DNA from: Gemmatimonadota bacterium
GTDB lineage: Bacteria > Gemmatimonadota > Gemmatimonadetes > Longimicrobiales > Gaopeijiaceae
DNA length: 64,000 nucleotides
NCBI GenBank assembly: GCA_022827345.1
Contig: JAJDTB010000015.1
Span: 89,237 to 153,236 of the forward strand
Direction of reading: 5' to 3'
Shown here: positions 30,909 through 40,027 of the stretch, one piece after another
How positions within the stretch are numbered: the first letter of the stretch is position 1
Layout: each line of letters starts with the position of its first letter
Translations under genes and position numbers: made by a program
Notes under the pieces: model-generated
What the model saw: the letters and a program-made list of their open reading frames with translations, nothing else
Database searches by the model: none
Told to the model about the DNA's origin: nothing

Positions 30909-31673
30909 CTACTCGACGAAGAGGTCACGGTTGCGATCACCCCGCGCCCGCTCGACCGCCTCCTCGGCGGGAGCACCGGGGCCGCGGCGCCGCTTCCCGT
31001 CCCAGCCGGCGCGTGAGGGCTCGATGTCGTCGAGGCGGATCCGGGCCGCTGCCAGCGTGGAGCCCAGCCGCGCCTCGCACCGGTCGCGCACGGCGTCGAG
31101 GGGCAGCACGCTGCCGCCGGTGACGAGATCGCGGTAGAGGCCGTCGCCGGGGAGGAGCCACGCGAGCGTCGAGGGCAGCATGGCGCGCGCCGCCTCCGCC
31201 ACCCGCGCGGCGCCCTCTCCCCCCGAACCCGCCAGGCGCTGGAACCAGGCCGCGCCGAACTGGTGGTGGTACTCCTCCTCGGCCAGCATCTTGGGGACGC
31301 GCGACCGTGCGAGCGGGAAGTTCCCGCCGGCGATGCTATCGAGCGCAACGGAAAGGGCGCCGTCCACCACCACCGTCGCCGCGACGAAGTCGGCCCAGTC
31401 CGCGAAGGGGTCGTCCAGTGCGGGGGCGGAGTAGTACCGCTCGGCGGGGCGGGTGTGCTCGACCTCGAAGGGGTCGTAGCCGAGCCGCTTCAGCATCGAG
31501 TACAGGAGCCGCGCGTGCCCCCATTCGTCCTGCGCCATGGACGACGCCGCGATTCCGGTCTCGATCGAGGGGCTGCCCAGGATCCAGTCGCTGTAGCGGA
31601 TGCCGAGCAGCCGCTTGGTGTCCGCGAGGCTGAGGATGTGCCGGGCCAGCGGCGAGGGGGCCGAGTCGGTCAA
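30909..31673 (-). CDS. paaC: 1,2-phenylacetyl-CoA epoxidase subunit C-like protein
   Basis: Ferritin-like fold: LADTKRLLGIRYSDWILGSPSIETGIAASSMAQDEWGHARLLY...AEEEYHHQFG. Confidence 0.7.
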   Translation of the reverse strand: MTDSAPSPLARHILSLADTKRLLGIRYSDWILGSPSIETGIAASSMAQDEWGHARLLYSMLKRLGYDPFEVEHTRPAERYYSAPALDDPFADWADFVAATVVVDGALSVALDSIAGGNFPLARSRVPKMLAEEEYHHQFGAAWFQRLAGSGGEGAARVAEAARAMLPSTLAWLLPGDGLYRDLVTGGSVLPLDAVRDRCEARLGSTLAAARIRLDDIEPSRAGWDGKRRRGPGAPAEEAVERARGDRNRDLFVE

Positions 31674-31906
31674 CCGTCACCCTCCCTTCCGCGCCGGTTC
31701 CGCCCCCAGGGCCCATCGTCCCGGTTGACGGGGATGACCGCCCCGCGCGGCACCACGCACATCTCGAACCACTTCTCCTCGTCGTAGGTCTTCCACGCGT
31801 AGACCCGCGCCAGTTCGTCCCCCGGCGCGTCCACGTAGCCGATGTGACGGAGCGGCTCGCCCCGCTTCTTGCGGGCGAAGACCTCGTAGACGCCCTCGCC
31901 GATCAC
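31670..31906 (-). CDS. paaB: 1,2-phenylacetyl-CoA epoxidase subunit B-like protein
   Basis: YEVFARKKRGEPLRHIGYVDAPGDELARVYAWKTYDEEKWFEMCVVPR is typical PaaB. The GTG start shares a GTGA overlap with the upstream stop. Confidence 0.75.
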   Translation of the reverse strand: MIGEGVYEVFARKKRGEPLRHIGYVDAPGDELARVYAWKTYDEEKWFEMCVVPRGAVIPVNRDDGPWGRNRRGREGDG

Positions 31907-32286
31907 GCCCCCACTCCCAGCCGCGCGAGCTTCCGCCGCCCCTCCTCCGAGATCCGTGCCGTGGTCCACGGGGGGTCCCACACCTCGTTGATCTCGACGC
32001 GGTCCACCCAGGGCTCCATCGCGATCCGGTCGCTGACGTCCTGCTTGATGAAGTCCATGCAGGGACAGGCCGTCGCCGTGAAGGTGAGGTCGACCCGGGC
32101 CGTCCCGTCCTCGAAGCCCACGCCGTACACGAGCCCGAGTTCGACGACCGAGATCGGCAGTTCGGGGTCGAGCACCTCGCCGAGGACCGCGCGCACGGCC
32201 GCTGCCCCGTCGGCGGGGGCCTCGGCGAGCGGTGCCGACCACCTGTCGCGGCCGCCCGACGCATCCGGCAGCGCCATCGGCCGCAT
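31903..32286 (-). CDS. DUF59 (MIP18/SufT-like) protein, N-terminal-PaaD-like
   Basis: VRAVLGEVLDPELPISVVELGLVYGV...TFTATACPCMDFI...VWDPPWTTARISEEG. Confidence 0.7.
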   Translation of the reverse strand: MRPMALPDASGGRDRWSAPLAEAPADGAAAVRAVLGEVLDPELPISVVELGLVYGVGFEDGTARVDLTFTATACPCMDFIKQDVSDRIAMEPWVDRVEINEVWDPPWTTARISEEGRRKLARLGVGA

Positions 32287-32351
32287 GGCCAGCAGCGTCT
32301 TCAGGGGACGCCTGCGCCGGGGAGGCGCGGAGGCCGTCGCGATGCCGCCGC

Positions 32352-33317
32352 TCAGTTCAGCCACGAGGACACCGTGCCGCGCGACCTCCGCACCGACTCG
32401 ACGTAGCGCTCGTTCATCGGCCCCCGGCCCTTCCAGCGGGCGAAAACCGCGTCCCAGGATATCTCGCCGTCGTCGAAGAGCCAGTGCTTGGCGTCGGGGT
32501 CGTACTCGCAGGGGAACGGGTAGTCCAGGACGTATTCCTCGGCAGCCTCGTCGTAGTGCGCGGGCACCTTCAGTCCCAGGCCCTCGCAAAGCGGAACCGT
32601 GGACGACATCCACAGCTGGCGAAGCTCGTCGTTGGTGAGCCCCTTGAGCTTGTAGTCCAGCTGGCCGCTGTGCCGCTTGAGGTCGTCGGGAAGGCCGAAC
32701 CACTCGATGGTCATCGGGAACATCCAGTCCACGCACCGCTGCAGCAGCTCGGTCGCCGCGCCCCCCGCCCGCGCCAGGCGGCGCATCCACACCTCTCCGT
32801 GGCGAAGGTGGAAGGTCTCCTCCATGTCCACCTTCACCAGCGCCCGCTTGAGGGGCCCGTAGGATGTGTTGCGGTGCACGTCGCCCAGCAGGCAGATCCC
32901 GGCCCGGTCGAAGAACCCGTTGGCCACCACCAGCTCGGCCCAGTTGTCGAGCGGCTGGTCGAAGCCGTAGGGGTGCTTGAACTCGTGGGGCTCGCGTCCG
33001 TACACCAGCTTCTCCTTCGACACCCCCATGTCCTCGAGGAGCCGGTAGGCGATGTTGGCGTGCGCCAGCTCGTCCTGGATGATCGCGTGCGCGCTGACCT
33101 GCGTGTTGGTTGAAGGAGCATGACGGGCGGCGAGCCAGTACGCGGGCGCGCTCATCAGCTCCGTGTCGGCCTGGACGGTCAACTGGATGATGATCGCCCT
33201 CCTGTAGCCCGGCGTCATCTCCTCCGGCGACTCCAGGATGTAGCCGCTGCGGATTCGCTCCTTGAGCTGCTCTTCGGCTCGTTGCGACATCAGGTCGTCC
33301 TTTCTTCGCGTGGCCAC
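32352..33317 (-). CDS. paaA: 1,2-phenylacetyl-CoA epoxidase catalytic subunit A-like protein
   Basis: Di-iron ligand contexts IIQDELAHANIAYRLLEDMG and VDMEETFHLRHGEVWMRRL. Confidence 0.8.
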   Translation of the reverse strand: MATRRKDDLMSQRAEEQLKERIRSGYILESPEEMTPGYRRAIIIQLTVQADTELMSAPAYWLAARHAPSTNTQVSAHAIIQDELAHANIAYRLLEDMGVSKEKLVYGREPHEFKHPYGFDQPLDNWAELVVANGFFDRAGICLLGDVHRNTSYGPLKRALVKVDMEETFHLRHGEVWMRRLARAGGAATELLQRCVDWMFPMTIEWFGLPDDLKRHSGQLDYKLKGLTNDELRQLWMSSTVPLCEGLGLKVPAHYDEAAEEYVLDYPFPCEYDPDAKHWLFDDGEISWDAVFARWKGRGPMNERYVESVRRSRGTVSSWLN

Positions 33318-33321
33318 GAGA

Positions 33322-33621
33322 TCAGATTCCCAGCGCCGAGCGGATCAGGGGGCTGATCCGGTCCGGCGTCCAGGGCGGATCGAAGGTCAGCTCGACCTCG
33401 GCGTCCTCAACGCCGTCCACACTCGCCACCGCCGCCTTCGCATCGTCGAGGATCTGTCCGGCCGCGGGGCACATGGGGGTCGTGAGCGATATGGTCGCCT
33501 TGGCGGCATCACCTTCGACCTCGATGTCGTATACCAGCCCCAGGACCACGAGGTCCAGGTTGAGCTCGGGATCCTTCACCGTCTTGAGCGCGTCGCGTAC
33601 GGCCTTCTTCGTAACCGGCAC
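33322..33621 (-). CDS. DUF59 (MIP18/SufT-like) metal-sulfur cluster assembly-type protein
   Basis: LKTVKDPELNLDLVVLGLVYDI...LTTPMCPAAG...TFDPPWTPDRIS. Confidence 0.75.
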   Translation of the reverse strand: MPVTKKAVRDALKTVKDPELNLDLVVLGLVYDIEVEGDAAKATISLTTPMCPAAGQILDDAKAAVASVDGVEDAEVELTFDPPWTPDRISPLIRSALGI

Positions 33622-33845
33622 CTTGGCGAAACCTCCGATATTGCTGGGCTGCGTGCCACATGAAGCGACCGGGACCGAACATCCCGGCGCGTGCGTCGCC
33701 GATCAAAGCAAAATGCCGCCGGCAACGGAGATACCGCAATGTAACAGCCCCCGGGCGCTGCTCGTCCCCGCCATCCTCCTGCAAAAGACCCCGCTGACCG
33801 CGGCGCGCTTGCGTCGGGCGCGGCAAATCGGGACACTGGAGCATC

Positions 33846-34925
33846 ATGCGAATCGCGATCAACACGGGTGGCGGCGACGCTCCCGGGCTCAACGCGGTGA
33901 TCCGGGCGGCGGTTCTGGCGGCGCAGGGCAGGGGATGGGATGTCGTCGGCATTCGCCGGGGCTACAGCGGTCTTTTCAAGCCACACGGCATCGTGCCGCT
34001 GACGGAGAGGTCGGTGAGCGGGATCACCCATATGGGCGGGACGATCCTGGGGACCTCGAACCGCGGGAATCCGTTCTCCTTCCCCGTCGAGCGGTCGGGC
34101 GGCACCGTCGAAATGGTGGACCGCTCCGACCAGGTGATCAGCAGGATCGAGGAACTGGGGATCGACTGCCTGATCGCGGTCGGGGGGGACGGGTCGCTGC
34201 GCATCGCCGCGGAGTTGGCGAACAAGGGACTCAAGGTCGTCGGGGTGCCGAAGACCATCGACAACGACCTGGACGCGACGGCGGTGACCTTCGGCTTCCA
34301 CACCGCGGTGCAGACGGCCACCGACGCGATCGGCAAGCTGCACTCCACCGCCGAGGCCCACCAGCGGGTGATGGTGGTCGAGCTCATGGGACGGCACGCC
34401 GGCTGGATCGCGCTCTTCGCGGGGTTCGCTTCCACCGCGGACGTAATCCTGATCCCCGAAATACCGTATGACCTTGCGAGGGTGGCGGAGAAGATCGGGG
34501 AGAGGTGGGCCGAGGGCTCCGAGTTCGCGATCATCGTGGTGGCCGAGGGGGCGATTCCGAAGGGTGGCGAGGCATCGTACCTGGAAAAACCGGCGCTGAG
34601 CGGCGGCAGGAGACTCGGAGGCGTGGCCAAGATGATCGCGTGGCAGCTGGAGGACCTTACCGGGCACGAAACCCGCAGCCTCGTTCTCGGGCACCTTCAG
34701 CGCGGCGGGGAACCAATCGCCTTCGACAGGATACTGTCTCTGAGCTTCGGCACGGCGGCGGTCGAGTTGATCGCAAACGGACAGTTCGGGTGCATGGTGG
34801 CGCTGGATCCTCCCAGGGTTCGGGGCGTGCCGCTCGCACAGGCCGTCAGCAAGCTGAAGACGGTGCCCCTGGACCACGAACTGATCCTCTCCGCCAGGGC
34901 GATGGGGATTTCCTTCGGAGACTGA
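33846..34925 (+). CDS. pfkA: ATP-dependent 6-phosphofructokinase
   Basis: N-terminus MRIAINTGGGDAPGLNAVIRA. VGGDGSLRIA has GGDGS rather than GGDDS, which favours ATP dependence. PKTIDNDL and MGRHAGWIA are also present. Confidence 0.9.
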   Translation: MRIAINTGGGDAPGLNAVIRAAVLAAQGRGWDVVGIRRGYSGLFKPHGIVPLTERSVSGITHMGGTILGTSNRGNPFSFPVERSGGTVEMVDRSDQVISRIEELGIDCLIAVGGDGSLRIAAELANKGLKVVGVPKTIDNDLDATAVTFGFHTAVQTATDAIGKLHSTAEAHQRVMVVELMGRHAGWIALFAGFASTADVILIPEIPYDLARVAEKIGERWAEGSEFAIIVVAEGAIPKGGEASYLEKPALSGGRRLGGVAKMIAWQLEDLTGHETRSLVLGHLQRGGEPIAFDRILSLSFGTAAVELIANGQFGCMVALDPPRVRGVPLAQAVSKLKTVPLDHELILSARAMGISFGD

Positions 34926-34953
34926 CAGCCCATGGACAAGGCTACCCGCTGAC

Positions 34954-35712
34954 ATGCGACTGATTCATCCGGCACTGGCCGTGATCACAGTCTGCGCCGC
35001 GCTCTGTCCGGGAGCGGCGGTGGGCCAGGATCCACCTGACACCGCCGGGGTCACGGTGGAAGGCGAAGTGCTGGACGTCACCAACAACGTCCCGGTCGCC
35101 GTGGCGATCGTCGCGATCCCGGCGCTCAACCGCAGCACGATCACCGATGAGCTGGGCTACTTCCGGCTCGAAGGGGTGCCCGCCGGGTTCTACCCGATTC
35201 AGGTGCACCGCGTGGGGTACGAAACCCTCGCGGCCGAGGTGCCGCTCAACGGGCAGGAGGTGCTGGGACTGTACCTGACCCCGGGCCCCGTGTCGCTGGA
35301 GGGGATCGAGGTGACGGTGACGAGCGAAGCGGACATGGAGCGGCGGGCGATGGGCATCTCGACCCGGAGCATCATCGGGCCGCTCGAGATGGAGGAGCTT
35401 CGCGAGCGCTACTTCAGCCTGGACCAGATCTTCCTGGGCCGCTATTTCCCGCGGGCCCGCTTCAGGCCGGGCCGCGGGCTGGGAGATCCCGGTTGCCTGA
35501 TGGTCTCCACACTGACGTTCAGCGGACGCAGGTGCGCGGCAGTGGTGGTCGACGGGGTGCTCCTTGGCCCCGAGGCGTCGCAATGGGTGTACCGGATGAG
35601 CACCCACGAAGTCTTCTCCGTCCGCTTCCTTCAGGGTCCCGGAGCCGCCCTGCGCTACGGTCATCGCGGCAGCGATGGGGTGCTGTTGATCGAGACGCGG
35701 GCAGGGCGCTGA
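34954..35712 (+). CDS. carboxypeptidase-regulatory-like (CarboxypepD_reg) domain protein
   Basis: Signal peptide, then GEVLDVTNNVPVAVAIVAIPALNRSTITDELGYFRLEGVPAGFYPIQVHRVGY. Confidence 0.65.
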   Translation: MRLIHPALAVITVCAALCPGAAVGQDPPDTAGVTVEGEVLDVTNNVPVAVAIVAIPALNRSTITDELGYFRLEGVPAGFYPIQVHRVGYETLAAEVPLNGQEVLGLYLTPGPVSLEGIEVTVTSEADMERRAMGISTRSIIGPLEMEELRERYFSLDQIFLGRYFPRARFRPGRGLGDPGCLMVSTLTFSGRRCAAVVVDGVLLGPEASQWVYRMSTHEVFSVRFLQGPGAALRYGHRGSDGVLLIETRAGR

Positions 35713-35714
35713 AA

Positions 35715-35733
35715 TGTAAAGACGACAGAAGTC
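35715..35733. repeat. truncated copy (D) of the AT-rich palindrome, abutting the island junction
   Basis: TGTAAAGACGACAG matches the left arm of copies A and C. Similarity is lost after about 35728, and integrase-flank homology begins at 35738. Confidence 0.5.
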
Positions 35734-35737
35734 CCCA

Positions 35738-35885
35738 ATTCGTGATCCTGTTGTGAGCGTGTTACTTACGGGATTCCAAGGTCCGATTCCCGCTGATCGG
35801 ATCAGACGCCTCCCTTGCGGGGACGGCTGTCCAGAGCCGTCCTAAGCTGTACTTCGTCGGTGTGCTGGTAACGCAGACTGCCAAC
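35738..35885 (-). pseudogene. 3' remnant of a tyrosine integrase plus its downstream flank (copy L)
   Basis: Reverse-strand translation of 35802-35882 gives GSLRYQHTDEVQLRTALDSRPRKGGV*. The intact integrase ends VLRCYQRADEGQLREALESRRRVQV*. The flank blocks CGTGTTACTTACGGG (35758-35772) and GATTCCCGCTGATCGG (35785-35800) are exact reverse complements of 42566-42580 and 42524-42539. Confidence 0.7.
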
Positions 35886-36188
35886 GCGCCGAATCAAGGC
35901 AAGAAATCACGTAAGTTCAATCAGGGCTGCACGATCTGCCACTCTTGCCATTGGGTTGCATCCGGTCGGATCGGGTCGCGAAAGCGGGAAAACCGGGATT
36001 GATTTGCGGGAATCGCGGGCGTCCTCATGTCCTTCTCAATCGGGCGATTGGCCATGTTCGCATTCGCGTGGCGATGGCGGGGAGGCATACCCATCTACGC
36101 CTTGATCGAGGGTAACGATCTGTAAGCAGTTGGGGCCAGCTGCCCTTTCCGCATCCTGTCAACCGGGAACGCCCGTCCCAGGCCACGA

Positions 36189-39100
36189 TCAGCCGTTCCG
36201 GACGAGGGCGGCCACTTTCTGCACCGTCTCGATGATCGCGCCACGCCCGCCGCCCCAGCAGAAGCGCCATGGCCGGTCATTCGGCCAGAGTTGGCGAACG
36301 TGGCGGCCGAAGTTGGTGCGAACGAAGCGAAGGATGACCAGCCCGTGATGGTCGGCCGCGTGCCGTTCGAGTTCGGGCAGGGCGCGACGCCAGTTGCTCC
36401 CCCATCCGGTCTGGACGAAGGTGGTGTGGATATGCGGATCGCGCTCGCGCAGTGCCTCGCGGACCGGTGCTTCCAGTTTGGCCGCCTCCTCGGCCCCCCC
36501 GGCGACCAGAATTCTGACATGTCTCCGCCGGGTCGGCGGCCCGCCCGCAGCGTCGGCACCCACTGCTCTTGCACCGCCCAACTGTTGGGCGAGAGCCCGG
36601 TGCCTGTCGCGCATCTCCCGGTAGAAAGAGGCGTCGATGCCGTACCCCGAGATCCGTGCCAGAATGCCGGCGGCGTCATGGAGACCGTCTTCGGTATCCT
36701 CTGAGGCTTTTCGGTGGAACAGCTCTCTCAGAATCCCGGTTGCGGCCTCGAACTCCCCGAGCGCCTCGTGGCTTCGGGCGCGCGCGATGGCAGAGTCCTC
36801 GCGGCTCCAAGCCGGATCGTAACCCGCCGGGTCGTTCAGGAGTTTCTGAAACTCCGGGACCGCCACGCCCTTCAGGGCGAGGCGTTCGAGTTCGTCCAGA
36901 GCGTCTCCGGCCCGTTCGTGCGACCGTGCATGCATGTGACCCCGGACGGCGGCCCGAAGATCGGCGGCCTTGAGATCGGCGGGCCTGCCGCTGTCGCTCG
37001 CCCGCGAATGGAGCTTTTCGGCAAGGAGCGGGCAGTGCCGGAGAGCCGGGCCGCACTCGGCGAGTGCGTCCAGCACGAGTCCGTCGGCAGCTTCGATGAC
37101 GGCTTCGGACACGCGCCGGAGATTCTCCTTGTCGTCGGCCAAGTCGAACGCTTCGACGGTCTCCCTGACGAGGTGGATCGGAAACCGAGCACCTGACGCG
37201 AGCGCGTCGACGATGACGCGGGCGGCGTGCATGAGCTTGTCGGGCTGAAGTTGCCGTGCTTTCGCGATTGCCGCATAGAGGTTGGATCGTGGCACCAGGC
37301 TTCCGTAGGATCGGACCCGCTTCGAGAAACGCAGGTGCGCGGCTACGAGATGGCGCTCAGCCGCGTCGTCGTCGTTGCCGCGAGCGAGCGCGAGGACACC
37401 CAGACAGTAGTGCCCGTGGGCGGAGCCGTCTGTCTCTTCCCGAACCGATTGCCGGAAGTGGTCCTCACCCTTGGCGAGACGCTCGCGAACGCTCGCCACG
37501 GCGGCCTGGCCGGTAGGCAGCGCAACATCCTCGATGGCGTCGAAACCGCCCGCCATCAGGCCGAGGTCGGCGTACACCATCGCACGGGCGTTTGGATCCG
37601 GATCTGCTACCAGAAGATCCTTCAGAATCCGCTCCGCCCGCTCGTGCTCGCGGAGTGCCCGGAGACTGTGCGCGAAGCGGCGTCTGGCGTCGAGCAGGAC
37701 CCGCTGTTCCGGAGCCGAACCGGCTTCCTCCAGCTGTTCGCCGACCCGGACGAGCAGGTCGAAGATGTGGCGGGCGTGGGTGGCGTCACCTTCCCGGAGG
37801 AGGTCCGTGGCTGCGGAGAGGAGCGGGTCGAAGAGCCGGGGTTCCAAGATCAGCGCGCGGTCGGTCAGCGACCGCCCGATCTCCGCGGTCCGGCCCACCC
37901 CGTGCAAGGCATTGACGATGGCGAGAACCGCGAACGCCGAAGCTGGGCTGCTCCCGGTCACCAACTCCCTGACGAATGGGTTGTCGTCGTACTCGCGCAC
38001 GATCCGGTCCCATCGTTCGCGCGCCGCCCATGCCTTCACGGCTCCCGTCCAGTACCATTGCAGGCGGGCCGGATGCTTGACGCTCAAGGAGTCGTCCGCG
38101 CTGCGGTCGAAGAGGCCGTCCCTGTATCCGGCATGGAAGCAGGACTCATGCCGGGTGCCGTTGAGCCTGACGAACTCCTCGATCACTGCGTCGATCTCGT
38201 TCTCGCTCAGCGCCCCCCTCGTCTCCCGCGCGCTCTCGTCGAGAGCCCGCTCGATAAGCCGGTCCAGGATCGTGAGCGATCCCGGACGGGAGGACGACGT
38301 GAGATGTCGGCGGGCCGGGGCAGCTTTCCCCTCGGCTTCATCAACGGAAGCCTCCTCCATGATCCCTGTCGGGGGCGTGGAAACGTCGCTTGGGTCATCC
38401 TCGCCACGGTCTTCCCCGTCCAGCACCGCCGGCGCCTGACGTTGCGGAACGTCCGGTGCGTCGGATGTCTCGGTTGCCGTCCTCGCAGCGTTTCGCCGGG
38501 CGGCCTTCCGCGGCTCAGGACCACCTCCCGGGTCACCCAGAGCCCAACGATCTCTGAGCCATGCGCGCGACTTCTCGCCCAGAGGCGCCCCGACCCCCCA
38601 AAGGACGAGGAGGTATAGGGCCACGGCCCGGTCCCCGTACTTGTCGGCCATCTTGGCCGCGACACTCGCCAAGGCGTCCTGTGAGGCGTCGATGCTCTCG
38701 ACCGATTCGACTTCGCCGTCGTCGTGCGGTATCCCGAGTCCGTCCAGGAAGGTCGTTACCATCGGGAGGCGTGCGGGCGTTTCGACGCTGGTCAGGAGGA
38801 TGAGCTGCGTGACCATCGGATCTTGCAGTGGAACGGTGCAAGTGGTCCGGACAAGCTTGTCGAGTGGCCAACGGCGAACCGTCTGCGGACGAAAACTCAT
38901 GGCGTCGGCCACCGCCTTGCAGACCGTCTCGCGCCCGATCTCGTCGCTCTCGATGAACCACCGAACCCCCTCCTCGCGCTCGTCTCGGTTCAGCACGTTC
39001 CACAGATTCACGGCACTTGGGCGCGTCGCCCGCTTCACCAACTGCTTGAGCCGGGGGTCGGTTTCCGTGCGGGAACCCGTCCGAACCGGCGTGGCTGGAG

Positions 39101-39359
39101 CCGATTCCTCGCTTTGGGGGTCTGGAGCACCGGCGCGGCGGTTGCCAAGGATGATCTTGCCGAGCTTGGTTATGGGCATGGATAGCGCAGGGCGGGCGGA
39201 TGGAGGCGGAGCTTGCAAATCTAATGCCTCCCGACGCCGGAGAGCGGTGCCGAGACGTGCCGGAGCCTCTGACGGCGGCTCAGACGCGGTTTCCGGGCGA
39301 CGGAGGGGCGTTTCGGGCAACCTACGGGCCGTGGAATGGGCCAGGATCGACGATCTCAT
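36189..39359 (-). CDS. large orphan protein (996-1056 aa): unknown N-terminal domain, long alpha-helical/TPR-like repeat region, C-terminal Rossmann-like module reminiscent of DUF2325
   Basis: The ORF is open from 39359. The first ~60 codons (MRSSILAHSTARR...) are derived from the duplicated integrase 5' block, so MPITKLGKIILG at 39179 is an alternative start. The C-terminus is VRILVAGGAEEAAK...HIHTTF...GLVILRFVRTNFGRHV...GGGRGAIIETVQKV. I found no Walker A or other catalytic motif by eye. Confidence 0.7.
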   Translation of the reverse strand: MRSSILAHSTARRLPETPLRRPETASEPPSEAPARLGTALRRREALDLQAPPPSARPALSMPITKLGKIILGNRRAGAPDPQSEESAPATPVRTGSRTETDPRLKQLVKRATRPSAVNLWNVLNRDEREEGVRWFIESDEIGRETVCKAVADAMSFRPQTVRRWPLDKLVRTTCTVPLQDPMVTQLILLTSVETPARLPMVTTFLDGLGIPHDDGEVESVESIDASQDALASVAAKMADKYGDRAVALYLLVLWGVGAPLGEKSRAWLRDRWALGDPGGGPEPRKAARRNAARTATETSDAPDVPQRQAPAVLDGEDRGEDDPSDVSTPPTGIMEEASVDEAEGKAAPARRHLTSSSRPGSLTILDRLIERALDESARETRGALSENEIDAVIEEFVRLNGTRHESCFHAGYRDGLFDRSADDSLSVKHPARLQWYWTGAVKAWAARERWDRIVREYDDNPFVRELVTGSSPASAFAVLAIVNALHGVGRTAEIGRSLTDRALILEPRLFDPLLSAATDLLREGDATHARHIFDLLVRVGEQLEEAGSAPEQRVLLDARRRFAHSLRALREHERAERILKDLLVADPDPNARAMVYADLGLMAGGFDAIEDVALPTGQAAVASVRERLAKGEDHFRQSVREETDGSAHGHYCLGVLALARGNDDDAAERHLVAAHLRFSKRVRSYGSLVPRSNLYAAIAKARQLQPDKLMHAARVIVDALASGARFPIHLVRETVEAFDLADDKENLRRVSEAVIEAADGLVLDALAECGPALRHCPLLAEKLHSRASDSGRPADLKAADLRAAVRGHMHARSHERAGDALDELERLALKGVAVPEFQKLLNDPAGYDPAWSREDSAIARARSHEALGEFEAATGILRELFHRKASEDTEDGLHDAAGILARISGYGIDASFYREMRDRHRALAQQLGGARAVGADAAGGPPTRRRHVRILVAGGAEEAAKLEAPVREALRERDPHIHTTFVQTGWGSNWRRALPELERHAADHHGLVILRFVRTNFGRHVRQLWPNDRPWRFCWGGGRGAIIETVQKVAALVRNG

Positions 39360-39390
39360 CCTCCCGAGGGGTACGGGTAGGGTCTAAACC
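39324..39390. repeat. block X-prime: direct repeat of the sequence at the 5' end of the disrupted integrase
   Basis: CCAGGATCGACGATC (39341-39355) and CCGAGGGGTACGGG (39364-39377) recur at 43651-43665 and 43674-43687 on the same strand. Flanking positions are partly conserved. Confidence 0.7.
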
Positions 39391-40027
39391 CGGCCGCGTG
39401 GAGAGCGCCGCCGTCAAAGAGGCTCCAGAGGGTTCGCCTTCGCCCTCGCCGTCCGCGAGTTGAAGAGCTTGCCCCCGGGCGACCCGGCCACCGCTGTGGC
39501 AGGCGGCGAGCGGGAAGGGTTCGCGGGCGTCCCCCAGGCTGGCTTGTGCCACGCTACGGTGGACAAGCCAGCGGACTCCCCGTGGCCACACTTCGTGCGG
39601 CACCGCGGAGGCTAGCGGGGGGCTGTGCCCCCTCTGACCCCCCCTCAATCACCAAGGCGTGTCGCAACCGGCTGGACGCCGAACGCGCCGTCTTCCCGTG
39701 CGCGCCGCGCACCGCGAGTTCTCGAAGTCGCTCCGGGAACGCCGCCTCGGGATTTGAAACCGTGGCCGCGTCCGCCGGGCAAGGAAGGAATCGCGCCGGG
39801 CGAGGACGGTGCTCGCCAAACCGGCGGCCTCCCGCCAGCGAGGATGCACGCGGTCGATCACCGGCGCTACTTCAGGTGACGTTCGAGCCGCCCCGAACAC
39901 CAATGGTGCCCGGCGAACCGGCGACATTGACGCTGCCCGACGACTCGCCGAGTTTTCCCGATAGGGCGATTCCCCGACTCATCCGCGTCCATTCCGGCGC
40001 GCACCTGGCCTCCGAAAGGGTAACGAC

